A DNA stretch of 64,000 bases from Bugula neritina (lineage: Eukaryota > Animalia > Bryozoa), in the NCBI GenBank assembly GCA_964035545.1, contig OZ037770.1:10360973-10424972 (forward strand). Reading direction: 5' to 3'. Shown in pieces: positions 59,901 to 64,000 of the stretch. A model generated the notes under the pieces. The model saw nothing but the letters and a program-made list of their open reading frames with translations. It was not told the origin of the DNA and did no database searches. Position numbers and translations under genes: made by a program. Position 1 is the first letter of the stretch, and each line of letters begins with the position of its first letter.

Positions 59901-61131
59901 AAAACCACCATCTGGATACTGGATGTGGAGACAGGTTGGTGATTCCAGTATTAAAATGATGTGTTGGTACAAACTGCATTTATATTTGACATATATAAAC
60001 TTTGTTCCATAAGATATACACTTCATAATATTTTCTCAACATATTGTCTATCGAACACACAAATCACACTCTGTGGGTGAGTGTGTTAATAAGCAATTTC
60101 ATCACAGCATTGACAGATATACTGCATATAATGCTGCTTAAACCATACAAGAGTTTAACTTAGCTTATACATGTATACCTTCTAGCATGTTGTGCACTAT
60201 TTATAAATGTACAATGCTGGTTACCAACTGATAACTATATATATTATGTATTATTATGAAGTTGTTATTCATATGTTGAAGTTTGAAGATTTGTTTTCTA
60301 GTGCAGGGAATTGATATGCCATGTAACAGAATATAGTAATCTCGGCACATGCCTAAAATGTATAGCTACAAGTTTTTTCTCTCAGTTTCTGGATATATAT
60401 TATATTTAGTCTATCTTGCCTATAGTAAACTGGTTATATTGTAGGTAAACAGTTATCTAAGCTAGAAGAAACAACTGTTAGGAGTAATAGTAGTGTATTT
60501 GATCTCCATGTATGTAAAGACATGCTGATTGTCCCCAGGTATTCAGAGAAGAAAATTATATTCTACCAACTCAACTGGACAGGTATTATGTCTATAGTAG
60601 GAGTTATGTCTCTTTCATAGGAAAAAAAAGAACTTTAAATTAAACATGCTGCACTCAGTTTATGTCAAGAGGAGACAATTAATCCCAAAATCCTAAGTTT
60701 GAGAAAGCAAGAGCTTATAATGACCTATTGCAACAAAATGTCAAAGAACATTGTAACTCTGATTTTGAAAAATAGAGTCTGTCAATTTATTTGCTATGAC
60801 ATGAAACAACGAAACTAGTCCAAGATTCTGTTTGCTTTCATTTCTGTCCAATCTAATTAAGTTTTATTCTCACTGTCTATTCTGTCTATTCTATCACTGT
60901 TTATTCTGCTATACTCTCAAAACCTAATTGTCCAATAGAAATACTGCTTGTCTGGCTGGATTTTACTTGTACTTGTACTTGTTACTTGTGTCTTTGTCTC
61001 TCATACTACTAGTTGCTATACTTTCTAAATGACTAATAGTTGTGATAAGAGAATATACTGTTGATAAAAGTATTTATTAAATATCTTGAGTTGCTTTCTT
61101 AATACTCAGTATATTTATTACAGGAAAATAG
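41993..61131 (+). CDS. TRIM-like E3 ligase copy 4, ~604 aa, introns expanded by two LTR retrotransposons
   Basis: Exons 41993-42144, 42280-42436, 42570-42753, 43624-43805, 51877-52047, 58860-58968, 59221-59934, 60445-60582 (paralogous stop reads TGG), plus predicted 61124-61131 (TAG). Confidence 0.82.
43108..43450. mobile_element. PIF/Harbinger-type MITE (long hairpin)
   Basis: ~70-bp TIR GCCTAGGGCCACA..AAGGTGTCCACTGT; TAA TSD on both sides. Confidence 0.85.
43851..44048. mobile_element. MITE at the site homologous to 6541-6791 (intron 4 of copy 4)
   Basis: Same motif and position relative to exon 4; absent in copy 3. Confidence 0.6.
44910..46002 (-). CDS. Accessory ORF of Gypsy A: C2H2 zinc finger(s), Pro/Arg-rich linker, C-terminal coiled coil (1-nt frameshift at G10 run 45117-45126)
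   Basis: CRLCQLHFTTPRRLRVHVPQH then CPCGEYSYHRDYILRHQRTMGCH; the coiled coil EAEERIRELEKEVQRL..SVARMK lies in the adjacent frame; both parts have homologues in Gypsy B. Confidence 0.7.
46014..50743 (-). pseudogene. pol: Pol of Gypsy A (protease LLDSGC, RT YLDD, RNase H DTDAS, integrase H-H-C-C / D,D35E / GPY, tail RTRQPPAYLKDFV), disrupted
   Basis: ORFs 49763..50743, 47996..49753 and 46466..47875 share one frame, separated by stops at 49763-49765 and 47996-47998; tail ORF 46014..46433 is in a shifted frame. Confidence 0.9.
50503..51510 (-). CDS. gag: Gag-like protein of Gypsy A
   Basis: PVFTGLEDVEQFIQEF..WPPRV..LRARFG retrotransposon capsid-like motif; first ORF after the PBS; homologous to 57530..57871. 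Confidence 0.75.
   Translation of the reverse strand: MDKSVTSIEEGERNIIIGPLRAGEEAYRHTLEVPVFTGLEDVEQFIQEFREVAAITRWPPRVTLAKLRMALTEEAKPYGWGSSVNGIIATLRARFGIPVAVVKSKLQGLLCKTCTPLPDHATLVQRLARTAYSDLPETHRRRYTFEDFVQSLNTLDFHHQLQAKGVTTIEAATQENKAYAVAEQLYKTEETAPRTSREPDHLVRIAAATTSPPIEMEMDRLMTKLGQLMATIAYNHSRRYKRPATKPPRPTMQRLECAIQAAHDSNGSRNHNLPGDLQSSGDPNREENGVDVARSPYGPSGPPPINGKHPAEPASRVDHETPSLCLSPTASVRYQ
51554..51571 (-). other. Primer-binding site complementary to the tRNA-Leu 3' end
   Basis: Minus strand TGGTGGCAGCGGTGGGAT, 1 nt from the 5' LTR; identical PBS at 58025-58042. Confidence 0.85.
52408..58757 (+). mobile_element. CACCGGC MITE split by a nested Gypsy element
   Basis: Left half 52408-52872 and right half 58488-58757 (ends CATGGAAAGCCAGTG) join into a complete family member. 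Confidence 0.85.
52873..58487 (-). mobile_element. Ty3/Gypsy LTR retrotransposon B, older, internally deleted (protease and most of RT missing)
   Basis: LTRs 52873-~53326 and 58044-58487 (visibly over 10% diverged), ATAT TSD, tRNA-Leu PBS, gag remnant 57530-57871, RNase H (DTDAS) ~56620-57080, fragmented integrase ~55150-56390, zinc-finger/coiled-coil remnant 53405-54222. Confidence 0.92.
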
Positions 61132-63287
61132 ACTGATGTGGAACAGGAAGTAGTCTCTGCAGCAGACACATCTAGTTATTTGGTTTAGAAAGTGGCAAGT
61201 GAAAAGGCAGCTGATTGGTCCATTCATCTGACCTAGTAACACTCTATGGTTACATTACCATGTCATTCATATGATACTTATTGTAACATTATTCTATATT
61301 ATCTATCATACAGGACTGAGAACTAAGTAGTAGCAGTTATTGTATATTATCTTTCTTATAGGAGTGAAAACTCTGTAGTACTTGCTTTCTATTACTACTA
61401 TTATCATGAGTCATATTGTATTAATATTATCCACATACTAGTTACATTACTTGATTTATGCTCTTCAAAATCTACATATTTGGCTTAGAGCTTCTGTACT
61501 TATGAAATATATTTTTGTAAAAGATGTGCTGAAGTGAAGGCTTATTCATACTGCAAACTAAAGTAGAAGCTTTCACAGTGTAGAGTATTAGAGATGTTAT
61601 ATTCTTAGTTCTGACTTGTTAGAAGTCAGTCTCTGTATCACCTTACTGCACTGTCTTTATTTTACTCATTGGTGCACCTTGCATATGTCAACTGAATATT
61701 AAATATATTCAACAGTTCAACAGAGTTAGTATACCAAATAAATCTTTTAAGGCATATATTAATGGTAGTGTTTATTAATTACTCTCTACGTGGTAACGAA
61801 TGAAGCCTAAATTTCAAATCTCACTGATGCCATACTCTATCATTTACCCAATATAATATATTTATTGGAAACTTGCAACATAATATTGTCTTAGTAATAT
61901 TATGCACATCAAAGTGTGGTACACTGACTTATATACATTCAAGGGGCATGTTATATTCCCTAGCATGTTATCAGTAAACAAAATATTATAAATGTTATGA
62001 AGGCTTACTGCTGAGACTATCAATTGGCATATAATAAATAAATTTGCTGCCTCTAATATGCACTCAGTTTATCATAATGGAAGGACAACTCTGATCTACC
62101 TGAAAATGCCCATTTGATTTTATCAACAACAGCCATGGTAAACTTGTATAATTACACTGCTTGCAGTTTGTGTATATTTCTTATGCAAATGCAGGTATTG
62201 CTCAGTTATTCAATGACTAGTATTTGGCAATGCACTGTTGCTATTCTTTCATATGACAGAGAAAGCGTTAGCCAATAGGAATCATTATTCCCACTGAGGA
62301 GGGGCGCGACTACAATAAACAATCACAGTTGGCATTCTAGTATTAGTTAATGCACTGTTGCTTTACAATGGAATATAGAAAGCATTAGCCAATAGGAATC
62401 ATCACATTCTGACTGACAAGGGGCGTGGTTTCAAGAAACAATAATTCAAGTTGGCATAAATTATTCCAAGTTTATTTACAGGTAAAATATTACTATATTT
62501 TATAATGAATAGCTACACTATGAAGTAGAACCTAAAGTACAGTATTATACAGAATCATTAAAACATGATGAGTAGAATTATAACTTACTGACCTTACTGG
62601 AAAATATACACAATAGTTGAGTATGTGAATTACTGGTTGTATAATAGTGAAGCAGCTATACATTGTAAGAAATTATAAAATATTTACTGTATAAATATAA
62701 TGTCACATGTATTCATTATGTTACACGTGTTGCTAATGTATAATAATAATAACATTAGCCAATAGGAATCCTATAGCCTCAGTACCAGTGCAAATACTTG
62801 TCAAAGAGAAGGCGACTCTTACTCTGATGTGTATATGTGGCCATTTTGTTGAGGAACTCAATTCTATCTTTATCATCTCAGCACTTACAATGTTATTAAG
62901 ATTTACAGTAAAGTATATTTCATAATATTGCTATATATCTGTTGATGAATCTTTCACCAGCTAGGTCCTTTATGTTCTAGTACAATGTTTCTCTATAATA
63001 TGTCACTTTATATTACTCATTGTAATTCATATGCTAATGAAGTGAATATAAATAAAGTATAATTAATAAACTCTTACAATTCAGAGCATGTATATCACAT
63101 GACAATAGATCTTCTGTAGACCTGGGGGAGTAGACTGTTGCACCACCATTGATTAATTAAATATATAATTAATTATTTTCTCATCATGTTGCAGTATAGA
63201 CATTCTTCAGCTCTGATATTTCCTAACTATAGAGTTATACTTAATTATAGTTGATAGCCAACTGCACATGTTGTTAGTGCTACACAC

Positions 63288-63364
63288 TGTAAAATAATTG
63301 CCCCCATTCGAACCACAAACCTCCAGCTTGCAAGCAGGCACACTAACCAATTACACTACAGGGG
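63288..63364 (-). repeat. tRNA-derived SINE head (paralogous to 13888)
   Basis: Near-identical sequence and context. Confidence 0.6.
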
Positions 63365-63769
63365 TTTCGGGATTCCAAGCAACACACACCAGATATATAT
63401 GTCTACAAGTACATGATTATAACCCCATAATCATTACAAAATATGGTTTCAAACTCTTTAATGTAGTGAGGAAAGATAAAATATTATAATGTGCTGATAT
63501 TTAATGTCATGGTGAGGTATAAAACATGTGATGAGATAAACATTAAGCTTTCCTATATGTTGTGTTTGTCATGTATTATAATACAATGGTTTGCTCTTTG
63601 ATGGTTGTAGTTGTATGATTATAGCAAGCCAGTCATTTGTTCCTGTCAATTATTGCAGTTTTTAGGACTTATACAGTTGCTAGAATTTTATAAGCATGTC
63701 TAGAAAAATGCGGTATTTATTTCGTTTCAAAATAATAAAATAATTTAGTATAAGAATTGTCTGAAGATG

Positions 63770-64000
63770 TGTCAAAACGCTGTATAGCCTTGCAGGCTAC
63801 GGCCTTTTGCATATAATAGTAACTTAGTATTATGGTAAGGAACAGGGATGCCCATAAGCGCAGGATGTAGAAGTAAGACAACCCCGTGCTTTCGTCGGAG
63901 AACTAGAAAACGTTAAAATGGGAGTCGCGCGCTTTCACTCATACATTAATATCCGGTTGTTATCTTCCGTTGGGGATTTCCCGAACGCCATTACTAACTT
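63770..64000 (+). promoter_or_regulatory. Putative promoter of a fifth array unit (continues beyond window), kB site GGGGATTTCC (63972-63981)
   Basis: Near-identical to the blocks at 14400 and 27965 and preceded by the same intergenic sequence. Confidence 0.55.

Overview
AT-rich animal (invertebrate, probably lophotrochozoan; inference) genomic DNA. It holds a head-to-tail tandem array of four intact, intron-containing TRIM-type E3 ligase genes (C3HC4 RING, B-box1, B-box2, coiled coil, NHL/WD-like beta-propeller), all on the + strand: CDS spans 5007-10537, 16401-24792, 30010-39127 and 41993-61131. The promoter-like block of a fifth unit starts at the right edge. The RING exon is nearly invariant while the N-terminal propeller blades are hypervariable, the copies are recombination mosaics, and three promoter blocks carry a canonical NF-kB site, which suggests an immune or restriction-factor cluster. 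Introns contain many transposons: two antisense Ty3/Gypsy LTR elements in gene 4 (both with tRNA-Leu PBS and ATAT TSD), a solo LTR, a foldback element with 587-bp TIRs, CAC-ended MITEs, hAT and Harbinger MITEs, and tRNA-derived repeats. The most unusual signal: both Gypsy elements, although diverged, carry an extra C2H2 zinc-finger plus coiled-coil module downstream of integrase, and both conserve a 316-317 nt GT-AG intron whose removal fuses the Pol tail in frame to it.
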